DNA of 64,000 nucleotides from Akkermansiaceae bacterium (GCA_043747935.1 JAYTOE010000067.1:22859-86858), one strand, 5' to 3'. Counted from the stretch's first letter, positions 18,270 to 27,718 are shown. A program made the numbers and translations. Notes: generated from the letters alone by a model not told the origin.

Positions 18270-18317
18270 GCACAGTATGCGGTGTTAAAAATCCGAACCA
18301 CATACTAGATATTGTGT
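18270..18317. promoter_or_regulatory. Tandem NrdR-box-like sites between smc and the divergent TPR gene
   Basis: ATACTAGATATTGTGT (18302-18317, 14/16 to ACACWATATATWGTGT) and GCACAGTATGCGGTGT (18270-18285, 11/16), 32 bp apart. Confidence 0.6.
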
Positions 18318-18418
18318 ATAAGGGTAATTTGGGAAACCTAAGGATTTTGTCGGTGATGTCTTCTTTCCGGGGAAAATGGGCTTGCGGAGTAAGGGTTCGG
18401 TGATACACACAAGGTCTG

Positions 18419-20857
18419 ATGCAAGAAGCCTTTACGCGAACCCAAGCGCGTTTCAGATGGGTGATGATGGCAGGCTTAGCGGCTTTCACGCTCTGCCGTG
18501 TCATGGCGCAAGCTCCCGAGGATCCGCAATTCGATCCCTCGGATGTCTATTTCCAAGCGTATCTGGAGGTGAGAGCCGCCGAACAGCTTGAGAAGGATGG
18601 CGATTTTCTAGGTGCTCTCAAAAAATACGAGCAGGCAGGGAAACTGTTTGAATCTGTGGGGAAATTTTATCCGGATTGGAAAGCGGGGATGGTGGGCAAC
18701 CGGCGCGACCTTACGACGAAGGCGATCGAGGTGGTGCGCGGGAAAGCGGGGGAACAGTTTAAAAAGGAAAGGGGCGTGATCGCTGAACTGGAGGGTGGGG
18801 TGAAGGTCGGCGCGACGCCCGATCAGGAGACGGCGATGATACCGCAGCCTGCCAATCCCGGTGCTGCGCCTAAGCCGCCGACGAGAACCGAGCCGAACAT
18901 TCCGGAAGTCCCTTCGCGTGGAATCCTTGAGGTGAATCCGCTTCAGGATCGCAGGCTGAAAGATGCGGAGGCCGAATTGGCTCGGCTCAGGAAAATGATT
19001 TCCGAGGCAGATGCGAGGAGCAACGATGCGATGCGCAACGCGACACGCCTGCAGGACATTCAGCGACAGAACGAGGCCTTGGCGCGGCAACTCAAGGAGG
19101 CTGAGGCAAAGGCGCAGGCGAATGCCGGAGCAAATGAAGCGCAGGCCGAGGTGGCGCGCCTGAAGAAAATGATTTCGCAGGCCGACGCGAGCAGCAACGA
19201 GGCGATGCGGAACGCGGCGCGTGTAGAGGACATGCGCAAACAGAATGACACCCTGTCCCGTCAGCTTCAGGCGGCAGAGGGCACCGTCCAGTCGCTGCGG
19301 GCGCAGATGGCCGCCGCGCCTGTCCAGAGCGAGATGGAAGCGCTGAACAAACAGATCGAGGATCTGGAGCAGGAGCGCGAGGCGATGGGGATGGCCCTGA
19401 GAACCAGTCGCGGCCAACAGACGGAGGCGCTTTCCAAGATCGAGATCCTTGCCGCGGACATGGAGATCATGAAGAAGCAGGCTGAGGAGCTGCGACAGGC
19501 CGAGGCGAACCTAAACCGCAACCTGAAGAAGGAACGCGAGGTGGCGAACGATGTCGTGAAGGGGCAGCGCAAACAGATGGATATGCTTGAGAAAGCGCTC
19601 GGGGAGAAATCCAAGGAACTCGAGGACGCGCAAGGTCAGATCGCCTCGTTGAAGAACGAGTTGGAGGAAAGCCGCGACGCCTTCGACGAGCTGCGCGAGG
19701 AACGTGACGGCCTGCTGCGCGAGCGCGACCAGATGGCGGCTTTGCTGAAACTGAGCGAAGCCGACCGCACCCAGGAACTCATCGAGCAGAACATGGGCTT
19801 GGCGAAAGACCTGCGTGAGGCCAACGAGAAGGTGGAACGCCTCAACAAGGATAGCAATTCGGCCAAGGATGACATCGTGGATGCACTGCGTGACCTCGCG
19901 ATTGCGAAAAGCCAGATCAACCGACTCCAGACTGAGAACCGCGAGCAAACGAAACGTCTGGAGGATTTGACCGGAAAGCTGAACGGGGAAGAGGCCGCTC
20001 TGGCGAAAGGCGAAGTAAACGCCGATCCTGCGGAAGTGGAGATGCTGCGCGAAGTGATCCGCCGCCAACTCCGTGTGCAGGAGCACAGGAGGCAGGCGAA
20101 AGAGGTGATTGTCGATGCGGCGAAGCAACTCGCCAAAGAGGACGAAACCCTGAACGAAGCGATCGAGCTCTTCGTCGGCGCGGAGATGGCTCTGACCCCT
20201 GAGGAACAGAAACTGGTGGCCGACCAACAGGTTGACGGTGAGTTCGTTTCCCCTTTCGCAAGGGATCGCAATACGGTCGGACGCGCCACATCCGATTTGA
20301 ACCGCGAAATGGAAAGTTATGACCGGGCGGCCACGAAAGCCTACCTGGCCGGCAGGTTGCTACCGACTAGGGAACTCTTCGAACTCATGGTCGAGCAAAA
20401 CCCGGGTCACGTGCCCGCTCTTTGCAAACTCGGTGTCGTGCAACTGAAGCTGGATGATCCCATATCCGCCACAGAGAGTTTCACGAGCGCGGTGGAGCTG
20501 GATGCCAATAACCCCTACGCACATCGGATGTTGGGTTACGCACATCTCAGGGGCGGTGATTTCGCTGCGGCGGAATTGCACGTGAAGCGCTGCGTCGAAC
20601 TCGCGCCCGACGACGCCATAGCCTATCTTTTGCTCGGAACCATCGCATACCGTCTGGGTGAAACCGACGACGCCGAGGGGTATTTCAAATCGGCGATCAC
20701 GGCGGATCCCGTTCCAAGCGAGCCGTATTTCAACCTCGCATTGATCTACGCAAAGAGCGGTCGTCTTCCAGAAGGGAGGGAGCTTTATCACAAAGCCTTG
20801 GAAAGGGGAGCCCTGCCCGACCAGTCACTTGAAATGAAACTGGAGGGCAAGCCATGA
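18419..20857 (+). CDS. Exported coiled-coil protein with C-terminal TPR repeats
   Basis: Signal-like N-terminus, long heptad region, TPR helices (ALCKLGVVQL, AHRMLGYAH, PYFNLALIY); exact start uncertain. Confidence 0.85.
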   Translation: MQEAFTRTQARFRWVMMAGLAAFTLCRVMAQAPEDPQFDPSDVYFQAYLEVRAAEQLEKDGDFLGALKKYEQAGKLFESVGKFYPDWKAGMVGNRRDLTTKAIEVVRGKAGEQFKKERGVIAELEGGVKVGATPDQETAMIPQPANPGAAPKPPTRTEPNIPEVPSRGILEVNPLQDRRLKDAEAELARLRKMISEADARSNDAMRNATRLQDIQRQNEALARQLKEAEAKAQANAGANEAQAEVARLKKMISQADASSNEAMRNAARVEDMRKQNDTLSRQLQAAEGTVQSLRAQMAAAPVQSEMEALNKQIEDLEQEREAMGMALRTSRGQQTEALSKIEILAADMEIMKKQAEELRQAEANLNRNLKKEREVANDVVKGQRKQMDMLEKALGEKSKELEDAQGQIASLKNELEESRDAFDELREERDGLLRERDQMAALLKLSEADRTQELIEQNMGLAKDLREANEKVERLNKDSNSAKDDIVDALRDLAIAKSQINRLQTENREQTKRLEDLTGKLNGEEAALAKGEVNADPAEVEMLREVIRRQLRVQEHRRQAKEVIVDAAKQLAKEDETLNEAIELFVGAEMALTPEEQKLVADQQVDGEFVSPFARDRNTVGRATSDLNREMESYDRAATKAYLAGRLLPTRELFELMVEQNPGHVPALCKLGVVQLKLDDPISATESFTSAVELDANNPYAHRMLGYAHLRGGDFAAAELHVKRCVELAPDDAIAYLLLGTIAYRLGETDDAEGYFKSAITADPVPSEPYFNLALIYAKSGRLPEGRELYHKALERGALPDQSLEMKLEGKP

Positions 20858-21450
20858 CCCAGGGTTGGAAAGCGGTTGTTCTTCTGACAGCTGGGTGCGC
20901 ACTTCTGCCATCCTGCGCAGGAGACAAGGTCGATGACTCGAAGCCCACTGAGGCAGCTAGGCCGGGCTTGCAGGAAAGGCTTTCCGAAAGTGCAGGCTAC
21001 AAGCAGAACGAGAAAGGTGAATGGGTGCCGAAATCCGACAAGCGCAGCACCTATGATGGTCAGCGCGACACGCCTTATTTCAAGGATAAGCTCGAAACCT
21101 TGGAGCGCTACAAGACCGGCGACTACGCGAAGAAATCCTGGTGGGGGAGTAAGGATTACGCAAAGAAATCCTACGCAGGCAATACGGATGGATCGAGGTT
21201 TCAGAAGCAGGCGCGGCAAGACGGACAGGTGGCGCGCGACAGCGGGAAGGCCGCGAGAACGACCGATCCTTTCAAGACGAATACCCTGCCGCGCGAAACG
21301 GCTCGGGAGAGCAAAAATCCCGCGGTCGACAGACCAACGAACGCGCTGATCGAAAGCCAGCGAAAAACCTACAAGGCTCCTTCTGTGATCGACTGGAAAG
21401 AGCAGCGCTCGATGGACATGGATCAGTCCAAGAGTATTCTTGGGAGGTGA
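20854..21450 (+). CDS. Hypothetical lipoprotein
   Basis: ATGA overlap with the upstream stop; lipobox LLPSC. Confidence 0.8.
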   Translation: MTQGWKAVVLLTAGCALLPSCAGDKVDDSKPTEAARPGLQERLSESAGYKQNEKGEWVPKSDKRSTYDGQRDTPYFKDKLETLERYKTGDYAKKSWWGSKDYAKKSYAGNTDGSRFQKQARQDGQVARDSGKAARTTDPFKTNTLPRETARESKNPAVDRPTNALIESQRKTYKAPSVIDWKEQRSMDMDQSKSILGR

Positions 21451-21457
21451 ATGAATT

Positions 21458-21531
21458 GTGGCGGCGGATTGCATCCGCCATGCCATTCCTGTCTGCTATT
21501 GTTTGGCATGGCGGATGCAATCCGCCGCCAC
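21458..21531. repeat. REP-like doublet: perfect 28-bp inverted repeat with an 18-nt spacer
   Basis: GTGGCGGCGGATTGCATCCGCCATGCCA (21458-21485) and its exact reverse complement (21504-21531); each arm is internally palindromic; lies between convergent genes. Confidence 0.85.
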
Positions 21532-21538
21532 GCTCGCG

Positions 21539-22450
21539 TTATGAACCGGGCAGTTGCACGACCTTGGAATACTGGTAGGAGTGCTCCGCGATGAATTCGG
21601 CGAGTTCCGTGCCGCTGAACGAGCGCCTGCGCATCTGTTGGACGCCGAAGTCGCTTAGTACGGTGATGGAAATCTCCGCAGCGGAGAGTCGCCCGGCTTT
21701 GAGTTGTGCGTTGGTTGCTCCAGAGGGAACGAAGGTGGTTTCAATGCCGCTTCCGGTGATCCTGAATTCCTCCACCGATTTCGCACCCTTTCCGACGGGG
21801 ACGGTGACGGATTTTAAACCGGTGCCAACCGTCGTGCTCACATGGAAAGTGACCGTGAACTGATAGACGTTCTCGCAGATGAAGTTTTCCTCCTTTTCGA
21901 TGTTAGTGCCGCCCGCCGTGTCGAACGGAGCCTTGATGCTTGTTTTTCCAAGGAGTTTGTCGAAGGTCTCTTTCGGATCCACCAGCTTGCGATAGAGAAC
22001 GAAAGTTTTGTATTGATCCTGCGCCGCCCCGGCGATGGGATCCTTGTAGGTGAGCTTATATCCGACGGTGGATACATCGCCGCCCAAGTCGGTGGCGGAG
22101 CCGATCTGGCCATTATAACGATCTGTGGCCGCCGAGAAAAAGACGAGATCGATCGCGTTCGGGCTGGCGGTGCCTTTCGGCCCATCGGAGGAAGGGTTCG
22201 ATTTCGCATAAAGCCACTCGAAGGTGTTGCCCTTGCGGGATACGAAGGATTCGAAGTCGCGCGCCATCGTGTCGATCATCGACTTAGCTTGGCGCGCGGC
22301 TCTGATTTCCGCGCGGCTGCGGTTCCATGTATCCAGTGCCATCGCTGTGACCGACACGAGAACGGTGATGATGATCGTGGTGATCGCCATCGCCACCAGG
22401 AGTTCGATGAGGGTGAAACCGCGCAGGGATTTTTTGGATCGGATTTTCAT
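21539..22450 (-). CDS. Prepilin-type N-terminal cleavage/methylation protein (PulJ/Verru_Chthon C-like pseudopilin)
   Basis: RG|FTLIELLVAM class III signal. Confidence 0.88.
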   Translation of the reverse strand: MKIRSKKSLRGFTLIELLVAMAITTIIITVLVSVTAMALDTWNRSRAEIRAARQAKSMIDTMARDFESFVSRKGNTFEWLYAKSNPSSDGPKGTASPNAIDLVFFSAATDRYNGQIGSATDLGGDVSTVGYKLTYKDPIAGAAQDQYKTFVLYRKLVDPKETFDKLLGKTSIKAPFDTAGGTNIEKEENFICENVYQFTVTFHVSTTVGTGLKSVTVPVGKGAKSVEEFRITGSGIETTFVPSGATNAQLKAGRLSAAEISITVLSDFGVQQMRRRSFSGTELAEFIAEHSYQYSKVVQLPGS

Positions 22451-22468
22451 GATGATGGTTCCTGCAGT

Positions 22469-23212
22469 TTAGCGGCGTACGGCTAGGTTACGGGTGAAGA
22501 TGGGCTTGTTGGTGGTGCTGGTGTAACGTGCCGTAAAAGCGGGGCTTTTCAGGTAAGCGATGGATTTGGTGGGGACGTTGTGGAACTCGGCGGAGAATGC
22601 AATCACCGCCTCCTTGTATGCCGCTGCGTCGGTTGCTTCGGTGGCTGGGGTATCCGCGTTCATGATTTTGCCCGGTGTGCCGGGTTTTAATTCGCCGGCG
22701 GCAAAAACGAGCTGAGTGGTCTTCACGAAGAAAACAGACCCTTCAATGGCCTTGAGGTCATTCTCGAGTTGGGGGTCACTGAGGCGCCGTGCCATGGATT
22801 GGACGATGTAGTCTTTGCCTGGCACTCCGGTGATGGTCAACTTAGGAGGTGGGGTACCATCGGCTCGTGGGGTGCCAGCAGGATCGCCACGATATTGGTA
22901 AACGAAGATCGCGGTGGCGGCCGTGTTGCCCTTTTGAATCCAATCGAAAGCCTTGTTGAAACCGGTCGCAGGCTCGGGAGTCTCCTGTCCTATCCTGAGC
23001 GTGGCGAGTTCATTCTCCAGGGTTGTGGTGAGCCGGTCGGCCTGCTCGGAGCTGATCGAGCGGCGGATGCCTTGGGCGGCGGGCGTGAAGACGGCGATGA
23101 AACCGGTCAACAGCACGGCGAGAACACCGATCGCGATGACGGTTTCGGTGAGTGTGAACGCCGCGGACAGGCGGTGTTTGGGAATATCGGATGAATGGAA
23201 AGGGGTTTTCAT
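22469..23212 (-). CDS. Pseudopilin (Verru_Chthon B-like)
   Basis: AA|FTLTETVIAIGV class III-like signal with Glu at +5. Confidence 0.8.
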   Translation of the reverse strand: MKTPFHSSDIPKHRLSAAFTLTETVIAIGVLAVLLTGFIAVFTPAAQGIRRSISSEQADRLTTTLENELATLRIGQETPEPATGFNKAFDWIQKGNTAATAIFVYQYRGDPAGTPRADGTPPPKLTITGVPGKDYIVQSMARRLSDPQLENDLKAIEGSVFFVKTTQLVFAAGELKPGTPGKIMNADTPATEATDAAAYKEAVIAFSAEFHNVPTKSIAYLKSPAFTARYTSTTNKPIFTRNLAVRR

Positions 23213-23218
23213 AATTCT

Positions 23219-23917
23219 CTAAAAAGGAAAGGGTTGATCGCTGTTCGGAAGTTTCGGGATCTGATCCGGAGTGCGGAAAGTGGAAGTCCGCCCATTGCGC
23301 CAGACGACAAATCCCGCGAAATCCCGCGCGGCCCCCTTGGTGGTTTTTGGCTCTTGTCCTTTTGGTCTCACGCCGCTACCGACGACGAAACTCGAGCCTG
23401 CCTCATCGAAGATGCCCTCTGCATTGAATTCGTAGTAGGCGTATTTTCCGTGGTAATTGGCCTTGATGTCCGCACCGCCCAAGGTTTGCTCCTTGATTTT
23501 GCCGCCTGCCTTCAATGCCGAGTATTGGGCGCTGAAAAAGGTTCCCTTGGGCATTTGGTATCCACGGTTGGCCATGATCCAGACTCCGGAATCCACGGTG
23601 CCGTCCGCTTTGATTTTCTCATGAACAATGACGATCCTAGTGAGATAGTTTTCGCTGGCCTTGTCATTGATGTCGATCAGCACCCGGGCCTTGCAACGTT
23701 TCGAGACGGCGATGGTGCGGGCTTCCTCGAAAAGGGATTCGCTGGTGGCCACGGCGCTGGAGACGCCTTTGCCGGCGTTCAGATTGCCGATTCCGATTGC
23801 GCCGGCCGCCATGAGGATGGTGATGATGGCGATGACCGTGAGGATTTCCACGAGGGTGAATCCCTTGCGTCCGCGCGCGCCGGAAAAGGGAGATGCATTC
23901 AAGGTAGGATGGTTCAT
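23219..23917 (-). CDS. Pseudopilin (GspH/FimT, Verru_Chthon D-like)
   Basis: KG|FTLVEILTVIAII; EARTIAVS motif. Confidence 0.88.
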   Translation of the reverse strand: MNHPTLNASPFSGARGRKGFTLVEILTVIAIITILMAAGAIGIGNLNAGKGVSSAVATSESLFEEARTIAVSKRCKARVLIDINDKASENYLTRIVIVHEKIKADGTVDSGVWIMANRGYQMPKGTFFSAQYSALKAGGKIKEQTLGGADIKANYHGKYAYYEFNAEGIFDEAGSSFVVGSGVRPKGQEPKTTKGAARDFAGFVVWRNGRTSTFRTPDQIPKLPNSDQPFPF

Positions 23918-24052
23918 GGAGCCTGGGTTGGGTTTGCTGGCTAGCTTTCGATTAATTTGGACTTTTCGTGCCGAACCGCAAGATTTTTTGTCAATACATC
24001 GCAGATACCGTTTTTGGGTACGCTCGGAGCATATTGTCGGTATCGGATCGTC

Positions 24053-25057
24053 CTATCCGGGATAGCGTCCCTTCCTTGCGCCGTCCATCCACGCCCAGGC
24101 CGAACCGACGATTTCCAAAACGTCGCGGTGCTTCGCGACCCATCCGAGGGTCTCGCGGGCGAGTGTGGGATCGGCGACGAGTTCCGGCGGATCTCCCGCG
24201 CGGCGCGGGCCGTAGCGGACGGGAACGGTTTTTCCGGTGACCTTCTCAGCGGCGGAGATGATTTCCTTTACGGAAATGCCCTGCCCGGTGCCGAGGTTGC
24301 AGCGCAGCGATTCCTTGCCGGAAAGCAGATGGTCGAGCGCGAGCGCATGGGCCTCGGCGAGATCCTCGACGTGGATGTAGTCGCGGATGCAAGTCCCGTC
24401 CGGCGTGGGGTAATCCGTGCCGTAAACTTCCAGGGCATCGATTTCGCCGGTGATGGCCATGAGGACGCGGGGAATGAGGTGAGTCTCGGGGTCATGATCT
24501 TCCCCGATCAGGCCGTCGGCGGAGCAGCCGCTGGCATTGAAGTAGCGCAGGCAGGCGGAGCGAAGACCCCATGCGTGATCGCAATCCCGCAGGATCCGCT
24601 CGACCATCAGTTTGCTGTGGCCGTAGGGATTGATCGGGTTCTGCGGGTTCGATTCGTCGATGGGGATTTTCGCCGGTGTGCCGTAGGTGGCGCAGGTGGA
24701 GGAGAAAACGAAAGCCTTGCAGCCGAATTCCTGCATCACCTGGAGCAGTGCGATGGGCTCGGCGGTGTTGTTCCAATAGTATTTCAGCGGATCGGTCACG
24801 GACTCTCCGACGTAGGCGAAGGCGGCGAAATGGATCACGGCACCGAAGCGGTGTTTTTCGAAAAGCGAGCGGACAAGATTGCGATCGCCGGTGTCGCCGA
24901 TCACCAGCTCCACCCCATCGTCCACGATCGCTTCGGGGTGCCCGTAGGCGAGGTTGTCGAGGACGACGACCTTGATGCCTTGGGAAACGAGGTGGCGGAC
25001 GGTGTGAGAGCCGATGTAGCCGGCACCGCCGGTGATAAGAACGGGTTGGGAAGTCAT
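24053..25057 (-). CDS. galE: UDP-glucose 4-epimerase
   Basis: VLITGGAGYIGSH, HFAAFAYVGES, SSTCATYG, YGHSK, RYFNASG, CIRDYIHV. Confidence 0.96.
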   Translation of the reverse strand: MTSQPVLITGGAGYIGSHTVRHLVSQGIKVVVLDNLAYGHPEAIVDDGVELVIGDTGDRNLVRSLFEKHRFGAVIHFAAFAYVGESVTDPLKYYWNNTAEPIALLQVMQEFGCKAFVFSSTCATYGTPAKIPIDESNPQNPINPYGHSKLMVERILRDCDHAWGLRSACLRYFNASGCSADGLIGEDHDPETHLIPRVLMAITGEIDALEVYGTDYPTPDGTCIRDYIHVEDLAEAHALALDHLLSGKESLRCNLGTGQGISVKEIISAAEKVTGKTVPVRYGPRRAGDPPELVADPTLARETLGWVAKHRDVLEIVGSAWAWMDGARKGRYPG

Positions 25058-25171
25058 TTGTGTGGGATGAGAAAAGCGGGAAACGGCCTCCTGCGCAAGG
25101 CTGGGCTTCATGTTTGGCTCCGCCGAAAAAACATGAATGGACGGATCAGATGTGCAGTCTAATTTTCCGTT

Positions 25172-26014
25172 ATGAAAATGAAACGCCTCATCTTGTCCGG
25201 TTTGCTTGTGGGTTCTGCGGCTCTTGCGGTCTCGTCCTGCGCCTACGATCCTTATTACTCCTCGTCCTCCTATTCCGGTGGATACGGAAGCGGATATGGG
25301 AGTTCGAGCTTCTCCACTTCCGTTTTCGTAAGCACTGGCAATCCTCGCTGGGGCTATGATCCCAACGCGGGCTGTTATTACGACTACACGCGCAGGTCGT
25401 ATTATGATCCGTATCTATGCGGCTACTACCCCGTCGGTTATCGTCCTCGCTACGTTTATGGTGCGCCCCATCCCCACGGCTGGTCGCGTGGCAGCGGCTA
25501 CTGCCCGCCGCCGACAAGGATCAGCAGCCACACGATCGTAAATTGTGACAACCGCGCCGAGAGCTACCGTTCGTTGGGCAGGGAGTGGTCCGACAATGTC
25601 AGAGTCAGTGCGCCCAATGGCCATGGGTCTCATAGTTACGGTGACAGCAACCAGAATGGTTGGAGCGGAGAGCGGATTCGTCCTAGTGAGGTAAACCCGC
25701 AATCACCGAGCATCCCGTATTTTAACAATGATGGAAATGGTCGGGGTTCATCCGGTAGGGGCGATGCAGGTGGCGGGGGCTTTGATCGCGGCAATAGGCC
25801 GCAGCCAACCATGCCGAATCCGAGAGCCTCGCGCAATGACTCGCCGCCGCCCGCGCCAACGTTCGAAGCACCTCCACGGATCGAGTCGCCAGCCGCGCCT
25901 CCACGGATCGAGATGCCTGCCGCACCTCCACGGATCGAGATGCCTGCCCCGCGCCGGGAACCTCAGGCACCGGGCGAGAATTCAGAAGGTATCAGATCGC
26001 TGGGCGAAGGCTGA
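25172..26014 (+). CDS. Hypothetical Tyr/Gly/Pro-rich lipoprotein
   Basis: Lipobox VSSC; Tyr-rich N-terminal region; low-complexity Pro-rich tail. Confidence 0.75.
   Translation: MKMKRLILSGLLVGSAALAVSSCAYDPYYSSSSYSGGYGSGYGSSSFSTSVFVSTGNPRWGYDPNAGCYYDYTRRSYYDPYLCGYYPVGYRPRYVYGAPHPHGWSRGSGYCPPPTRISSHTIVNCDNRAESYRSLGREWSDNVRVSAPNGHGSHSYGDSNQNGWSGERIRPSEVNPQSPSIPYFNNDGNGRGSSGRGDAGGGGFDRGNRPQPTMPNPRASRNDSPPPAPTFEAPPRIESPAAPPRIEMPAAPPRIEMPAPRREPQAPGENSEGIRSLGEG
25868..25948 (+). repeat. 3 x 27-bp in-frame tandem repeat (APPRIE[S/M]PA)
   Basis: GCACCTCCACGGATCGAGATGCCTGCC-type units, read directly. Confidence 0.9.
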
Positions 26015-26032
26015 TCACCGCACCGAAAGATT

Positions 26033-27052
26033 TCAGCGCCCGCTTGCTTCGGCCAGCGGGCGATTTTCGTTCGGGGTGATCAGGAACCAACGGAAAACAA
26101 GGGCGAGCAGGATGGCCGCGAGGCCGACGTGCAGCACCTGCACCCACGAATAGATGTGGATCTGCGCCATCACCAAACCGAGAATCATCTGCGCAAACAT
26201 GATTACCAGCACTCCGATCTGTGATGAAGTGACTCCATCCGGTTGGTGCTTTTTCGCCAGAGTGAAGGCAAAGACCGTCGTAAGCAGGAGCAGCCAGGAA
26301 AAACTGCGGTGAATGAAATAGGTCATGCTTTGTTCCAGTTCGCCGATCCAGGTTTCCCTTGGCGCATCGAGATGCGCCTTGGCGAGTTCGTCGGTCATTT
26401 CGCGGATTTGCGTCCCCATGATGCCCTCGATGACCACTAGGATCAGCAGGGTGAGGACGATCATCCTCATCATTTTGGGGTTGCCGGCGGATTTCACTTT
26501 GAGCGGGCGTTCTGCTCCCGCCCATACGCAATACGCGAGCACGCCGATCAGAGTCATGGCGAGCGCCAAGTGGGTGCTGAGCACGCCGGGAGCGATCCCG
26601 CTATAGACGACTCTCGCGCCCATCCACGCATTGGCCAGAACCAGCAAGAGTCCGGAGAAAGAGAGCCAGAACAAGTGGGGGCGGCTGTTCCTGAAACGGA
26701 ATGAGGCGATGAATGTAGCGAGCGAGAAGAACCCCACGGGAAGAGCGAAAAGGCGGTTGATGAATTCCGTCCAAACATGGCGTGGATTGAACTCCGCACG
26801 CAGCGACTCGCGCGAAATGGACGAAGGATCACGCCCCATACGTTTTGCCTTGTCCTGGAATTTTTCGATGTCGAGTTTGTCAAAATCAACCTCCTCCACA
26901 TGGGTCGGAGGGATCAGCATTCCCCAGCAAGTGGGCCAGTCGGGACAGCCCATCCCAGCGCCGGTAACCCTGACGATCGCACCCACGAAAATGAGCGTGA
27001 GAACGGAGATCAGAGCGGCGTTGGCCAGCTTGGTGTAGGTTTTGTAATTCAT
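26033..27052 (-). CDS. Heme A synthase (COX15/CtaA family)
   Basis: GAGMGCPDWPTCWG, WTEFINRL, STHLALA, multiple TM helices, VLHVGLA; start taken at MNYKTY. Confidence 0.92.
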   Translation of the reverse strand: MNYKTYTKLANAALISVLTLIFVGAIVRVTGAGMGCPDWPTCWGMLIPPTHVEEVDFDKLDIEKFQDKAKRMGRDPSSISRESLRAEFNPRHVWTEFINRLFALPVGFFSLATFIASFRFRNSRPHLFWLSFSGLLLVLANAWMGARVVYSGIAPGVLSTHLALAMTLIGVLAYCVWAGAERPLKVKSAGNPKMMRMIVLTLLILVVIEGIMGTQIREMTDELAKAHLDAPRETWIGELEQSMTYFIHRSFSWLLLLTTVFAFTLAKKHQPDGVTSSQIGVLVIMFAQMILGLVMAQIHIYSWVQVLHVGLAAILLALVFRWFLITPNENRPLAEASGR

Positions 27053-27139
27053 CCGTTTTGCAATAAATCCGCGCCGGACTATGGCCGCAACTGATTTCAT
27101 GACGAATCTCCGTGAAAGCGTTCGGCGGGCACTTTGCAT

Positions 27140-27367
27140 CTAAGGCTGCTTCATCAGGAAAAAAATGCCCGTGAGGACGATGGCGAGAAGTGAGAAGCCG
27201 ATGGCGCACCATTTCATGAGACGGTAGCGATTCCTGCGCCGCAGGAGTTCAATATCGCGCCTTGATTTGGAATCGATGGCGGTGGGGGTCTGGGTTGCCC
27301 TATGGTGATGGCGTGAGTAGGTCTTTTTCGGACTTCCCCCTGGTTGGGTTGGGGATGTGGATTGCAT
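27140..27367 (-). CDS. Small hypothetical protein with C-terminal TM helix
   Basis: Basic N-terminal region and a hydrophobic C-terminal helix (WCAIGFSLLAIVLTGIFFL); stop abuts the ctaA region. Confidence 0.5.
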   Translation of the reverse strand: MQSTSPTQPGGSPKKTYSRHHHRATQTPTAIDSKSRRDIELLRRRNRYRLMKWCAIGFSLLAIVLTGIFFLMKQP

Positions 27368-27489
27368 TTTTTCTGTTTCCCTATCGCTGCCGGAAATCAT
27401 GGATCGCGGCAGAAGACTTTTCCATACAAAAATCACGCACCGGTTGCGAGGAAATTTATGGGATCAATCGGGCACCGCGTCCGTACACG

Positions 27490-27532
27490 AAAAAGCAGGC
27501 CTGGGCTTGTTGAAAGCCTCAGACCTGCTTTT
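27490..27532 (-). terminator. Intrinsic terminator after the 54-aa lipoprotein gene (possibly bidirectional)
   Basis: AAAAAGCAGGCCTGGGCT...AGCCTCAGACCTGCTTTT hairpin with A/T tracts on both sides. Confidence 0.75.
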
Positions 27533-27553
27533 GAAAGATTCTAACGGCGCGCC

Positions 27554-27718
27554 TTACTTGGAGTATTCCACCTGCACGGGGGCGGGGGTAGTCGGGATCT
27601 CCTTGAAATTGGGCATGGGACGGAGAGGCGGTGCGGCCGAATCGCTGGTGCAGCAGCCGCAGGATGAGGATAGGACAGCAATGACGCTGACGGAGATGGC
27701 AAGGAAGAAACGAATCAT
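27554..27718 (-). CDS. 54-aa Cys-rich lipoprotein (not in the ORF track)
   Basis: MIRFFLAISVSVIAVLSSS-CGCCTSDSAAPPLRPMPNFKEIPTTPAPVQVEYSK; signal peptide, lipobox-like SSSC, A/C-rich leader, own terminator. Confidence 0.8.
   Translation of the reverse strand: MIRFFLAISVSVIAVLSSSCGCCTSDSAAPPLRPMPNFKEIPTTPAPVQVEYSK

Noticed and set aside
18167-18301. 45-aa N-terminal extension of SMC in the ORF track
   Set aside because: SMC proteins begin at the MYLKxLE motif; the extension overlaps the regulatory region
14393-18420. parS site near smc
   Set aside because: No TGTTTCACGTGAAACA-like palindrome seen
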